Assembly (NCBI GenBank): GCA_021414205.1
Contig: JAIOOW010000002.1
Span: forward strand, 404,171 to 468,170
Reading direction: 5' to 3'
Length of the DNA stretch: 64,000 nucleotides
Source of the DNA: Candidatus Anderseniibacteriota bacterium
Lineage (GTDB): Bacteria > Patescibacteriota > Andersenbacteria > UBA10190
This document shows, piece by piece, positions 50,185 to 59,053 of this stretch (position 1 is the stretch's first letter; every line of letters starts with the position of its first letter). Both the position numbers and the translations under genes were made by a program. The notes beneath the pieces are model-generated. The model was not told the DNA's origin and did not search any database. It saw only the letters and a list, made by a program, of their open reading frames with translations.

Positions 50185-50565
50185 CTACTTTTCCACAGCT
50201 TGACCGTACTTCGGCTCCACTGCATCCACTTTTTCACCAGTTCGAGCGCTTTTCACAACATCTTCTTCCGAATCCCCGGACACCACAGCAAGCTCCGCGC
50301 CGATGGCTTGGGCAAGGATTGTGGTCGTCACAATCCCAGTTCGAACCAACCCATAACTCCCCGGCCCGGCATGCACGGCAACGCGCGTAATATCTGTTTT
50401 TTGCTTTCCAAGCTCTTCTAATAACCCTCCAATATGCACCAAGAGATCCGTTCCCACTTTCGGCGTATTCTCCCATTCCCGCTTTCCCAGAACAGTAGTA
50501 TCGTCAGCACATATAATTCGTGCCCTCGGGTGTGCGGTGTCGATGATGAGAATGAGTTGCTTCAT
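50185..50565 (-). CDS. tsaB: short TsaB/YeaZ-like protein (tRNA t6A complex dimerisation subunit, N-terminal domain only)
   Basis: MKQLILIIDTAHPRARIIC.. matches the TsaB N-terminal actin-like fold start; only 127 aa. Confidence 0.5.
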   Translation of the reverse strand: MKQLILIIDTAHPRARIICADDTTVLGKREWENTPKVGTDLLVHIGGLLEELGKQKTDITRVAVHAGPGSYGLVRTGIVTTTILAQAIGAELAVVSGDSEEDVVKSARTGEKVDAVEPKYGQAVEK

Positions 50566-50906
50566 ACCTGCGTATTCTGCTCCGAATTCCATTTTGGTTC
50601 AATAAATACAAATGTTTTTCCTTTACCCTCGATAGAATATGGCGTCCTTGGCTGAACATACAATACGTCTCCGGCTTCAAGCTTTTGCTCCTTACCTCCA
50701 ACATTCGCGCTAAATTCTCCATCGATAATAAACATAGCTTCCGTACAATATTCATTTTGACGAGATCCTTGTTCCGGATACCTTCCATCTTGCTCTACAT
50801 ATGCACACGATAATCGATCTGTTGGAGAATCTGGATATAGATAGCACACTCCACCTGCGATATCATATTTCTTTGCCTGATTTTGTTTAAATAGATAATT
50901 GTTCAT
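50562..50906 (-). CDS. cupin-domain protein
   Basis: 114 aa with cupin motifs (G..Y.QPR.PYSIEG.G). Confidence 0.55.
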   Translation of the reverse strand: MNNYLFKQNQAKKYDIAGGVCYLYPDSPTDRLSCAYVEQDGRYPEQGSRQNEYCTEAMFIIDGEFSANVGGKEQKLEAGDVLYVQPRTPYSIEGKGKTFVFIEPKWNSEQNTQV

Positions 50907-52057
50907 GGGATAAAAAATGATTGATTAAATTGAGTAATGTTTTCTTTCGTTCCATCTAGGTGAAACACGACAACATCCTCAATGCGAACACCTCCAACAC
51001 CCGGACAATACAACCCTGGCTCCACCGTAAGCGCCATACCAGACTCAATCGCAACATCACATATTGCATTAATCCGTGGCCCCTCATGAACAGATAACCC
51101 CAGGCTATGCCCAGTACCGTGCATAAATCCTTTTTCTGGCGAAGTTGGATATCCGCGCTTTTTAAATGCATCGACAGTGCGAGCATGCACCGTTGAGCAC
51201 ACTTCACCAACTGCAACACTATCCGCAATTTCTTTTTGCACTTCCTGAACAGCTGTAAATAATTCAGCCAACTCTTTACTCGGAGTTCCTTTCACAAACG
51301 TCCGCGTCATGTCTGCATAAAAGCCCGTTTTTTCTGAGCGTGGGAATATATCAATAATAATTGCCTCATTAGGTAGAAGAGGCCCACTTCCTTCATCATG
51401 TGGACGGGCAGTCTGCTCACCCGATGCCACTATAATTCCGTCCGGACAATCATACCCTTGCTCTAATAAATGTGTTCGCAATCTGTGTTTTACATATTCG
51501 CTCGTCAAAACTTTTCCCCCAAACACAATAAAGCCTTTATCTATTATGCTTTGCGAAAGAATATCGTATACAAGGGCAAACGCAGATTCATTCACACGCT
51601 GAGCTTCAATCATGTCAGTAATTTCTTGTTCTGTTTTTTTATCACGCTCAGATTCGTAATCATGCACAACAAGAGCTATACCCGCGTCTTTCAATGCAGA
51701 AGCTAATGCATATGGCATATTTGGCGATATCTTTGCTTCCGTAATGCTAAAATGCTTCAAAATATTCACGAGTGTTTCGGAAAATGTTTTCTGCATGTAC
51801 GGCTCTAACCGCTCAACTTGAATATCGTTTCCAGTGCGCTGTATTTTTTGTGACTGCACATCATATTCTCGTGCATCAAAAAATACTTTTGACTTCTCAC
51901 CATCAACAGCAAGATATATAAAAGAATCAGGAGCCGTTATTCCTGTTCTATGTAATATTTCTGGACCCTTTGCATCAACTAATACAAATGCTGTTTTCAT
52001 ATATATAATCATACAAGATAAAAAGATTCTGAATTGAAGAGCCTCCGTGCTCTTCAA
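50903..52057 (-). CDS. M24-family Xaa-Pro aminopeptidase/dipeptidase
   Basis: HGTGHSLGLSVHEGP and pita-bread metal ligands; start may be ATG about 52000 (MKTAFVLV). Confidence 0.8.
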   Translation of the reverse strand: MKSTEALQFRIFLSCMIIYMKTAFVLVDAKGPEILHRTGITAPDSFIYLAVDGEKSKVFFDAREYDVQSQKIQRTGNDIQVERLEPYMQKTFSETLVNILKHFSITEAKISPNMPYALASALKDAGIALVVHDYESERDKKTEQEITDMIEAQRVNESAFALVYDILSQSIIDKGFIVFGGKVLTSEYVKHRLRTHLLEQGYDCPDGIIVASGEQTARPHDEGSGPLLPNEAIIIDIFPRSEKTGFYADMTRTFVKGTPSKELAELFTAVQEVQKEIADSVAVGEVCSTVHARTVDAFKKRGYPTSPEKGFMHGTGHSLGLSVHEGPRINAICDVAIESGMALTVEPGLYCPGVGGVRIEDVVVFHLDGTKENITQFNQSFFIP

Positions 52058-52068
52058 TTCAGATCAGC

Positions 52069-53469
52069 CTAATAGGCTCGCTTCGCACACAACACCGGAA
52101 GAGGTGCCCAGAATGCGTTAAACCGGTTCATCTCCGGTCGATCTCCGGCTAGGAAGATAACGTTATCCCCCAAAGCTTCGCGATAGATACGCGCGACTGC
52201 CGCATATTCGCCTCCTTGCGAAAATACAATTTTTCGAACAGTAACGTCATCCATATCAACCCCATGCCACCGCTCATAGAATGTGCGGTACTGGGACGGG
52301 ATTCGCGCAATAACATTCGCAAGGTCTGGGTGGAGATCAGGCATCTTACCAAAATCCCCAGCGATCATTCGCTCCGTACACTCCAATGCAAAGACGCGAA
52401 AATTTCCGTTTCCACGCCGCACATCGAAAAGCTCCAACTCGATCGAAATATCACTTGGCATCAATGATTGAAACGCATCAAGCGAGCACTGACATCGCCG
52501 AATAAATTCCTGGCGATCAACACCCACCCTTTGCAGCACCACCTCCGAATCGGCTTCGAAGTCTCCGATACCGATCACAAATCGATGCTTAAGCCCAAGT
52601 CCTGCAAAGAAGCGAGAAAGCCCTGGGATGATTCGCGCAAATTGCCTTGCGACTAACCCAACACCTTCACCCAAACCATCAAACGTGTACTGATAAGGCA
52701 CCAACGGATTGCCCGTTTCCACGTACGCATAATCAGGGCAGAATGCTCCAGCAAGTACGATCTCCTTACCGCACTTACCATCCTCGACAACAGCGCGAAG
52801 AGCACGAGTCATCGTTTCAGAAGGAATGAGCATCTGCAGATCAAGTAGTAGTTCTGCGAATTGCAATCCAAGCTCATCGCCAAATACTGAGCGAAGTGGT
52901 CCAGCAGAACGCATTACATGTCCCTGGAATTTCGCGGGCTCGACCCCCTGCACAGCTCTATAAACTGACATAGGATTACCGTCTTTTCGCGTCATTCCAA
53001 CTGGGGCAATGGGTTGTTTTTCGAAATGAAGCGTTCGATGGTCTGGATTCAAGACACGCCTTCCATCTATCTCAACCTTTGCGTCCCTGTCCTGAAAATG
53101 TTGCCAACCCTTGTACTCAACTTGGAGAACTCCAGGGAAAGAAAGACTGAACAATCGATACAACAACCAGTTCCTAGGTGGTTGTCCAGGACCGTTCTTG
53201 AGCTCAATACCCAACCTCTGAGACAGCGCTGTATTACTCTTCACGTCCCCGATAGTAAAATACTCTAACGGACGCCAATTCTTTGCACTGCTAACATCTA
53301 CCAAATCCCAATATGTCGTAACCTCGCCTTGATCCATGCCGAGCGCAAGCAGAGTCTGCTCGAATTCCGAACGATTCCCATCGTATCGGAGTTGCCCAAC
53401 TTTTCGAGCAACATCAAAGAACACTCGGACTTCGCTTGCAAATCCGTTCTGACCATTTGTTGCACTCAT
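52069..53469 (-). CDS. hypothetical protein (466 aa), no recognisable family, GC-rich
   Basis: Long clean ORF about 52-54% GC vs about 44% genome baseline; soluble, no TM. Confidence 0.55.
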   Translation of the reverse strand: MSATNGQNGFASEVRVFFDVARKVGQLRYDGNRSEFEQTLLALGMDQGEVTTYWDLVDVSSAKNWRPLEYFTIGDVKSNTALSQRLGIELKNGPGQPPRNWLLYRLFSLSFPGVLQVEYKGWQHFQDRDAKVEIDGRRVLNPDHRTLHFEKQPIAPVGMTRKDGNPMSVYRAVQGVEPAKFQGHVMRSAGPLRSVFGDELGLQFAELLLDLQMLIPSETMTRALRAVVEDGKCGKEIVLAGAFCPDYAYVETGNPLVPYQYTFDGLGEGVGLVARQFARIIPGLSRFFAGLGLKHRFVIGIGDFEADSEVVLQRVGVDRQEFIRRCQCSLDAFQSLMPSDISIELELFDVRRGNGNFRVFALECTERMIAGDFGKMPDLHPDLANVIARIPSQYRTFYERWHGVDMDDVTVRKIVFSQGGEYAAVARIYREALGDNVIFLAGDRPEMNRFNAFWAPLPVLCAKRAY

Positions 53470-53588
53470 GGCACAACTCCTTCCTTTTGTGTGAAACGAA
53501 CACCACTAAACACTAAAGCTCCCGGTTGTATCCGGGAGCTTATGGAAATATCCTTATTGAAACAAAGATCCTACCATTAACTTCCGGA

Positions 53589-53647
53589 ATATGTATGCAT
53601 AAACAGCACGTTCCAGCGCTTTGCCAGCACGAGCGATGCATACATAT
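53589..53647. promoter_or_regulatory. perfect 12-bp inverted repeat ATATGTATGCAT-(35 nt)-ATGCATACATAT upstream of the 466-aa gene
   Basis: Read directly: 53589..53600 and 53636..53647 are exact reverse complements. Confidence 0.5.
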
Positions 53648-53704
53648 GGGTAATGGCGTTCATTGATTTCATACTGTTACTTAGAATAAAGGAATTCAAA
53701 AAAA

Positions 53705-53746
53705 TATTCAAACAAAAAAAGAAAACAGCCCTTTCCTAAGAGCTGT
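53705..53746 (-). terminator. rho-independent terminator for minus-strand small ORF
   Basis: aacagc-N12-gctgtt hairpin with A-run on + strand (T-run on -) immediately after. Confidence 0.55.
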
Positions 53747-53769
53747 TCGAAAAAAGCATTGACATGGTT

Positions 53770-54078
53770 TCAGACGCACATACTTGGGGGTGTAATCCGC
53801 GTACCTGAGTAGAAGATTGCACCGGCACTGACCCCTGCAAGAAGCATGCAAGCCAGCGCCATAAGGACAACTGGCAGGAATCGCTTTCGGGATTCCTTAT
53901 CAGGACCTCGCAAGTACATGTACGAGCCATACACAAGCAGCACCGCCGACAGAAGGGCAGCACACGCCGAGAGTCCGCCCGTGATAAGCAGTCTTTCAAA
54001 CGGCAAATACACTTCTTTGATGCCCATGTCCGGAAGCATCCACATCAATTCATCAATAATGGTAACTGGGCGCGCCAT
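53770..54078 (-). CDS. small two-TM membrane protein (102 aa)
   Basis: ORF with two hydrophobic helices, GC-rich like neighbour. Confidence 0.4.
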   Translation of the reverse strand: MARPVTIIDELMWMLPDMGIKEVYLPFERLLITGGLSACAALLSAVLLVYGSYMYLRGPDKESRKRFLPVVLMALACMLLAGVSAGAIFYSGTRITPPSMCV

Positions 54079-54203
54079 GGCACTCTTTCTATAGACGAGG
54101 GAAAGGAGCAGGGGTAACTGATCTTTTTTAAAATACTCCTATTTTACTATTTTGTCAATAGTTATAAGCATAATATATCTATATAAAGCAATAAAAATGA
54201 TCT

Positions 54204-55397
54204 TTAGAGGCTTTTGACGATTTCCTCGATTATTCCCCGCTCATTCCAGGCAATAATGTCGTTTCCAATCCCCATACCGCGCTCTGCCCCTTTGCCAGTA
54301 GCAATAACAACATCTCCCGATTTTGCTTCTTGCAACAGTGTTGCAAGGGCCTCTTTTCGATCAACAATGCGCTGCCATTGCTTGCCTTGCTGGTCAGCAG
54401 GTAGCCCCTGCTCTAAGTCATTAAAAATCTGTTCTTCGCTTTCCGTCCACGGGTCTTCGCGCGTTACGATAATGCGATCAGCATACTTCGCAACGGCGCG
54501 CGCCATGTCGGGCCGTTTTCCGCGATCACGAAGACCAGCAGCGGATACTGTTCCAAAAATCTTAGCGCCGTCTTTTAAATCTTTTTTCACTTCCGAATAT
54601 AATCGCTCCAACGCATCGGGCGTTACTGCATAATCAATAATCACTGTCACGCCTTGCGGCGTTATAACTCTTTCCATTCTGCCAGGAACGGATTTTACCG
54701 CATCAATGCCTACTTGAATTGTTGTATCAGGAATTTTAAGAGCGTGGGCAAGCAGAGTAACAGCACATGCATTTTCCTTATTAATACTTCCAGAAAGTTC
54801 CGCATGCGTAGATTGAATATCGGCATCAGTCATTCGCACCACGTTCAATCCGTTTTTTTCTGCACGGTCGAGCATTGGCCGAACATAGTCGTCATCTTGC
54901 TTGCCTACAAGTGGAGCACCAATCCGTAAATAATGAACGATTCGCTCCTTAGCAGCAGCGTACTGTTCAAGCGTTGCATGATAATCCAAATGCTCGCGCG
55001 CAATGTTTAATATAATAGCGCCGTCGAATTGAATGCCGGCAATGCGGTGCTGATCGAGCGCATGGCTGGTCGTTTCTAATACTACGTATTCTATTCCCCG
55101 TTTTTTCATGCGCGCTAAATAGGAAAATATTTTGCGAGAGGGAAGTGTTGTCATTTTTGTTTCGTTTATTTCTTCTTTCCCCCCAATGCGAAACGAAACG
55201 GTTGTAAGCATTCCTACATGTTCTTTCCCATGCGCTTGCTCTAACACACTAGCAAGCAAATACGAGGTAGTAGTCTTTCCATTGGTCCCCGTTACACCAA
55301 ACAGGCGCATTCCTTTATCCGGAATGCCATACACTGCGCGCCAAAAATGCGCTTCGAAAAAATGTCCGATATTTTTTATCTCTTGAATAATATTCAT
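54204..55397 (-). CDS. Mur ligase family protein (MurE-like, lacking N-terminal domain)
   Basis: LFGVTGTNGKTTTSYLL P-loop of Mur ligases, central and C-terminal domains; 397 aa. Confidence 0.75.
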   Translation of the reverse strand: MNIIQEIKNIGHFFEAHFWRAVYGIPDKGMRLFGVTGTNGKTTTSYLLASVLEQAHGKEHVGMLTTVSFRIGGKEEINETKMTTLPSRKIFSYLARMKKRGIEYVVLETTSHALDQHRIAGIQFDGAIILNIAREHLDYHATLEQYAAAKERIVHYLRIGAPLVGKQDDDYVRPMLDRAEKNGLNVVRMTDADIQSTHAELSGSINKENACAVTLLAHALKIPDTTIQVGIDAVKSVPGRMERVITPQGVTVIIDYAVTPDALERLYSEVKKDLKDGAKIFGTVSAAGLRDRGKRPDMARAVAKYADRIIVTREDPWTESEEQIFNDLEQGLPADQQGKQWQRIVDRKEALATLLQEAKSGDVVIATGKGAERGMGIGNDIIAWNERGIIEEIVKSL

Positions 55398-56488
55398 ATC
55401 GATTTAATAGAATTCCTCACTCGAGAAAACGCATCGCGCATGAGCCCGAACCCTGCATACAACCCATCGTTAAACACTAAATCATGCGCGCCAACATACG
55501 AAATCCGAGTGCCTCCAAATCCGGCTTTCATACGGGTTATGCCCGCCCATGGATGATCAGGACTTGCGTCTTCTGCAGCTACTCCAAAAAAGTCATACCG
55601 CTTCATACCCTTTTCTTTTGCACGCACTATCGTATCCCAATACAAAAGCGTAGGCGCCATAAACGAGCGCTTACCAGGATCACTTGCTCCATGCCCGTAT
55701 GTCGCCATGCCATTTGCATACAGTATGATATGGGCCGCAATCACATCGTCTCCAACGCTGGCAATCGCAATCTCTGCCATATTTTTCTTCCCAAGCACAT
55801 CAATCATTACGCGATAATAGTCATCAGGATGATACGCAAACCCTGTTCTTGCAGACACTTCGCGAGAGATTTTTAAAAACTTTTCGACATCTTCAGGTGT
55901 TGTCGAATACGAAATAACTACACCCTTCTTTTGCGCCACCTTAATATTGTAACGCGTTTTTGGATGCAAATTTGTCTGGAAAGTTTCAACGGACTGATTC
56001 AGATCGAGCAGAAGCGTATCTTTTGGCTGAACTTCGCGAGAAGATTTGCGCCAAACATCGGGAATCTTATATTCGGATGAAGCGGTCCATAACGGATCGA
56101 TTCGAATAAAAAAAGCACCCGTTTCTTTTGCTAAGCTTGCAAACTTTTCTTCTAATAACCCCCACACATGCGCTTGATCTTCTTTTGATAATCCATCCGC
56201 AAATACGGGGCCATGCGGAACATACAACCACGAATACCCCAATTTAATTCCCCTGCGAAGCACTAAAGCCACTGCCATAATTTTCCCGCCGTGCTCGATA
56301 ATAACTCTCCAATACAGCCCGCCAAGCTCTCGATGCATTTCGCCCCACGCCCATGTTTGTAAAAACGATCCATGCGATGTCGATGCAACAAAACTATCCC
56401 ACCGGCCTTCTTCAAGATGAATTGCTTCCGCGATATTCATACTATGACGATGCTGGGTATTTAAGCGCCATCTTAATAGCTTCTTCAA
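55394..56488 (-). CDS. FemAB-family peptidoglycan interpeptide-bridge aminoacyltransferase
   Basis: FLQTWAWGEMHRELGG and overall FemABX acyltransferase-like length (364 aa). Confidence 0.75.
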   Translation of the reverse strand: MKKLLRWRLNTQHRHSMNIAEAIHLEEGRWDSFVASTSHGSFLQTWAWGEMHRELGGLYWRVIIEHGGKIMAVALVLRRGIKLGYSWLYVPHGPVFADGLSKEDQAHVWGLLEEKFASLAKETGAFFIRIDPLWTASSEYKIPDVWRKSSREVQPKDTLLLDLNQSVETFQTNLHPKTRYNIKVAQKKGVVISYSTTPEDVEKFLKISREVSARTGFAYHPDDYYRVMIDVLGKKNMAEIAIASVGDDVIAAHIILYANGMATYGHGASDPGKRSFMAPTLLYWDTIVRAKEKGMKRYDFFGVAAEDASPDHPWAGITRMKAGFGGTRISYVGAHDLVFNDGLYAGFGLMRDAFSRVRNSIKSI

Positions 56489-57020
56489 CCGTAGCTATAT
56501 CTTTCGGTAACTTCTCAACCACAGCACGCGCCTGTGCTTGGGTATATCCGATGGCAACCAATGCATCAACGGCTTCTTGTAACACAGGGCGGTGCAATGC
56601 GAATACAGAACCGCTCGGCAATTCAGAAAGCTTTCCTTTCAACTCAATAATAATCCTCTCTGCCGTTTTCTTCCCGACCCCCGGCATGCTGGTTAAGAGC
56701 GCAACGTCGCCCGTTGCAACGGCTTGCGATAGCATATGCGGGCTTACCACATCTAAAATTCCCATCGCAGTTTTCGGACCAATAGACGGTACTCGTAACA
56801 ACAATTCAAAATACTCTAATTCGCGATTCGTTTCGAATCCAAATAAAATTTCATCGGAATCTGTTATATGATCATAAATAACGAAACTCATATCTTGATT
56901 AAGCGCCAATTTTTCTCGCAAAGCCGACGCCACAAATACTCGATACCCAACCCCGTGAACATCGAGAATAATGGCTTTTTCTTCGCGCTCCAATACCGTC
57001 CCCGTTAAGCGAGCTATCAT
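56442..57020 (-). CDS. ruvA: Holliday junction DNA helicase subunit RuvA
   Basis: MIARLTGTVLE..ILDVHGVGYRVFV OB domain, two HhH motifs, C-terminal domain III. Confidence 0.88.
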   Translation of the reverse strand: MIARLTGTVLEREEKAIILDVHGVGYRVFVASALREKLALNQDMSFVIYDHITDSDEILFGFETNRELEYFELLLRVPSIGPKTAMGILDVVSPHMLSQAVATGDVALLTSMPGVGKKTAERIIIELKGKLSELPSGSVFALHRPVLQEAVDALVAIGYTQAQARAVVEKLPKDIATVEEAIKMALKYPASS

Positions 57021-57074
57021 ATATATAAGGTACGGTATGCGACACTTGGCGTAAAGTATGTATAATGGCCTCAT

Positions 57075-59051
57075 ATGGCAAATTCTCTATTCACCATCAA
57101 AGCACCGTTTCAGCCAGCGGGCGATCAGCCAAAAGCGATTGCTGGGCTTGTTGATGGAGTGAAAAAAGACTTAAAACGACAGACCCTGCTCGGCGTTACC
57201 GGTTCTGGGAAAACAATGACCGCAGCATCTGTTATTGCAGAAACGGGATTTCCTGCGCTCATCATTAGCCACAATAAAACATTAGCAGCGCAGCTTACCG
57301 AGGAATTCCGAACATTCTTCCCCGATGCGGCTGTTGAATATTTCGTTTCATATTACGACTACTACCAACCCGAGGCATATATTCCGCGATCTGGAACATA
57401 TATTGCAAAAGATTCCGCCATCAACGAAGAAATTGATCGCCTACGCCACAGCGCCATGGAAGCAATTTTGACGCGCAAAGATGCTATAGTAGTGGCATCC
57501 GTATCATGTATTTACGGCTTAGGATCACCAAAGGAATATATGGACGCCCGCGTAGGAATTGCCGTGGGAGAAGATATCGCCCGCCAAGATTTCTTAAAAA
57601 AGTTGATATCTTTGCAGTATGAACGAAACGATATTGATTTGGAACGAGGCAAGTATCGCGTCCGAGGAGATGTTGTGGATGTATTTCCCTCCGGAGAAGA
57701 GCAGGTGATTCGTATTGAGTTTTTCGGCCATTACGTAGAATCAATTACGCAGCTCGACGCAATTACCGGACACAAGATTACATCGCTTGCCAACGCCGCC
57801 ATCTTCCCGGCAACATTCTTCGTAACAAATGACACACAGCGCAAACAGTCGCTCGAATTAATTAAAAAAGAAGCGGAAATGCAGGCGAAAAAGTTTCATG
57901 ATCAAAAAAAGTTTGCAGAAGAAGAGCGTATTCTCGAACGAACAAAATATGATTTGGAAATGATCGAGCATATCGGATACGTATCCGGAATTGAAAATTA
58001 TTCCCGCTACATGGACGGCAGATCTCCTGGACAGCCGCCCTCAACGCTGATCGACTACTTTAATTACGCGTACGGAAAAGACGGCTTCCTCACATTCATC
58101 GACGAATCCCATATGACCATTCCGCAAATCGGCGCCATGGAAGCAGGGGACTCCGCACGAAAAGAAAACCTCATCAATTATGGATTCCGCCTGCCATCTG
58201 CTAAAGATAATCGTCCTCTTAAATTTTTTGAATTTGAAGATCGAATCGGGAAAACAGTATTTATATCCGCAACTCCGGGGCCGTACGAAAAGAATACGAG
58301 CGAGGCAACCGTAGAGCAGATCGTCCGTCCGACAGGATTAGTTGATCCGGAAATTGAAATCAAATCGACAAAAAACCAGATCGACGACGTGATGGAGGAA
58401 ATTAAAAGGACAGTCGTAAAAGGCCAGCGCATCATCGTAACAACTCTAACGAAACGAATGGCAGAAGAGCTTGCCACCTATCTCACAGAATCCGGTATGA
58501 AAGCTGCGTACTTGCACTCAGATATTGATACGATGGAGCGCGTAGACATTTTACGTCAATTACGTTCAGGCGTATTCGATATTCTCGTTGGCATCAACTT
58601 GCTTCGAGAGGGATTGGACTTGCCCGAAGTATCTTTAGTTGCAATTATGGACGCGGATAAAGAAGGATATCTGCGCAGCGAAACGGCGCTCATTCAAACA
58701 ATGGGCCGAGCTGCGCGCCACTTAGAAGGTCGCGTTATTATGTATGCGGACAGAATCACAGGCTCCATGCAGCGCGCAATCGATGAAACAACTCGCCGCC
58801 GCACCATCCAGCTTGCGTACAACAAAGAACATGGCATCACACCGAAATCCATTATGAAAAAAATATCCGAATCCACTCTGTCGAAGCCAGTACTTGATTT
58901 GGATTTGCCAGAAAATATCTCCAAAGACGATGCAGAGCATGCGATCAAGCGCATCACGAACAAGATGCAGCTTGCAGCAGAGCAAATGGAATTTGAAAAA
59001 GCAGCAGAATACCGCGACGTTATTGCGCAACTTCGAAAGAAGATGAGGTAG
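57075..59051 (+). CDS. uvrB: excinuclease ABC subunit B
   Basis: GVTGSGKTMT Walker A, helicase motifs, C-terminal UVR domain (MEFEKAAEYRD). Confidence 0.95.
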   Translation: MANSLFTIKAPFQPAGDQPKAIAGLVDGVKKDLKRQTLLGVTGSGKTMTAASVIAETGFPALIISHNKTLAAQLTEEFRTFFPDAAVEYFVSYYDYYQPEAYIPRSGTYIAKDSAINEEIDRLRHSAMEAILTRKDAIVVASVSCIYGLGSPKEYMDARVGIAVGEDIARQDFLKKLISLQYERNDIDLERGKYRVRGDVVDVFPSGEEQVIRIEFFGHYVESITQLDAITGHKITSLANAAIFPATFFVTNDTQRKQSLELIKKEAEMQAKKFHDQKKFAEEERILERTKYDLEMIEHIGYVSGIENYSRYMDGRSPGQPPSTLIDYFNYAYGKDGFLTFIDESHMTIPQIGAMEAGDSARKENLINYGFRLPSAKDNRPLKFFEFEDRIGKTVFISATPGPYEKNTSEATVEQIVRPTGLVDPEIEIKSTKNQIDDVMEEIKRTVVKGQRIIVTTLTKRMAEELATYLTESGMKAAYLHSDIDTMERVDILRQLRSGVFDILVGINLLREGLDLPEVSLVAIMDADKEGYLRSETALIQTMGRAARHLEGRVIMYADRITGSMQRAIDETTRRRTIQLAYNKEHGITPKSIMKKISESTLSKPVLDLDLPENISKDDAEHAIKRITNKMQLAAEQMEFEKAAEYRDVIAQLRKKMR

Positions 59052-59053
59052 TA

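Noticed and set aside
50903-52071. Apparent 1-nt inconsistency between my hand count and the ORF-track coordinates around 52020-52070 (start of M24 peptidase / stop of the 466-aa gene)
   Set aside because: Most likely my transcription error for a poly-A run near 52020; no evidence of a real frameshift since the track reports uninterrupted ORFs
33560-55397. Two unrelated minus-strand proteins (NTase at 33594 and MurE-like at 55397) both begin MNIIQEI
   Set aside because: Codons differ (atc/att, gaa att/gag ata) and the rest of the proteins are unrelated; treated as coincidence rather than a shared N-terminal module or repeat
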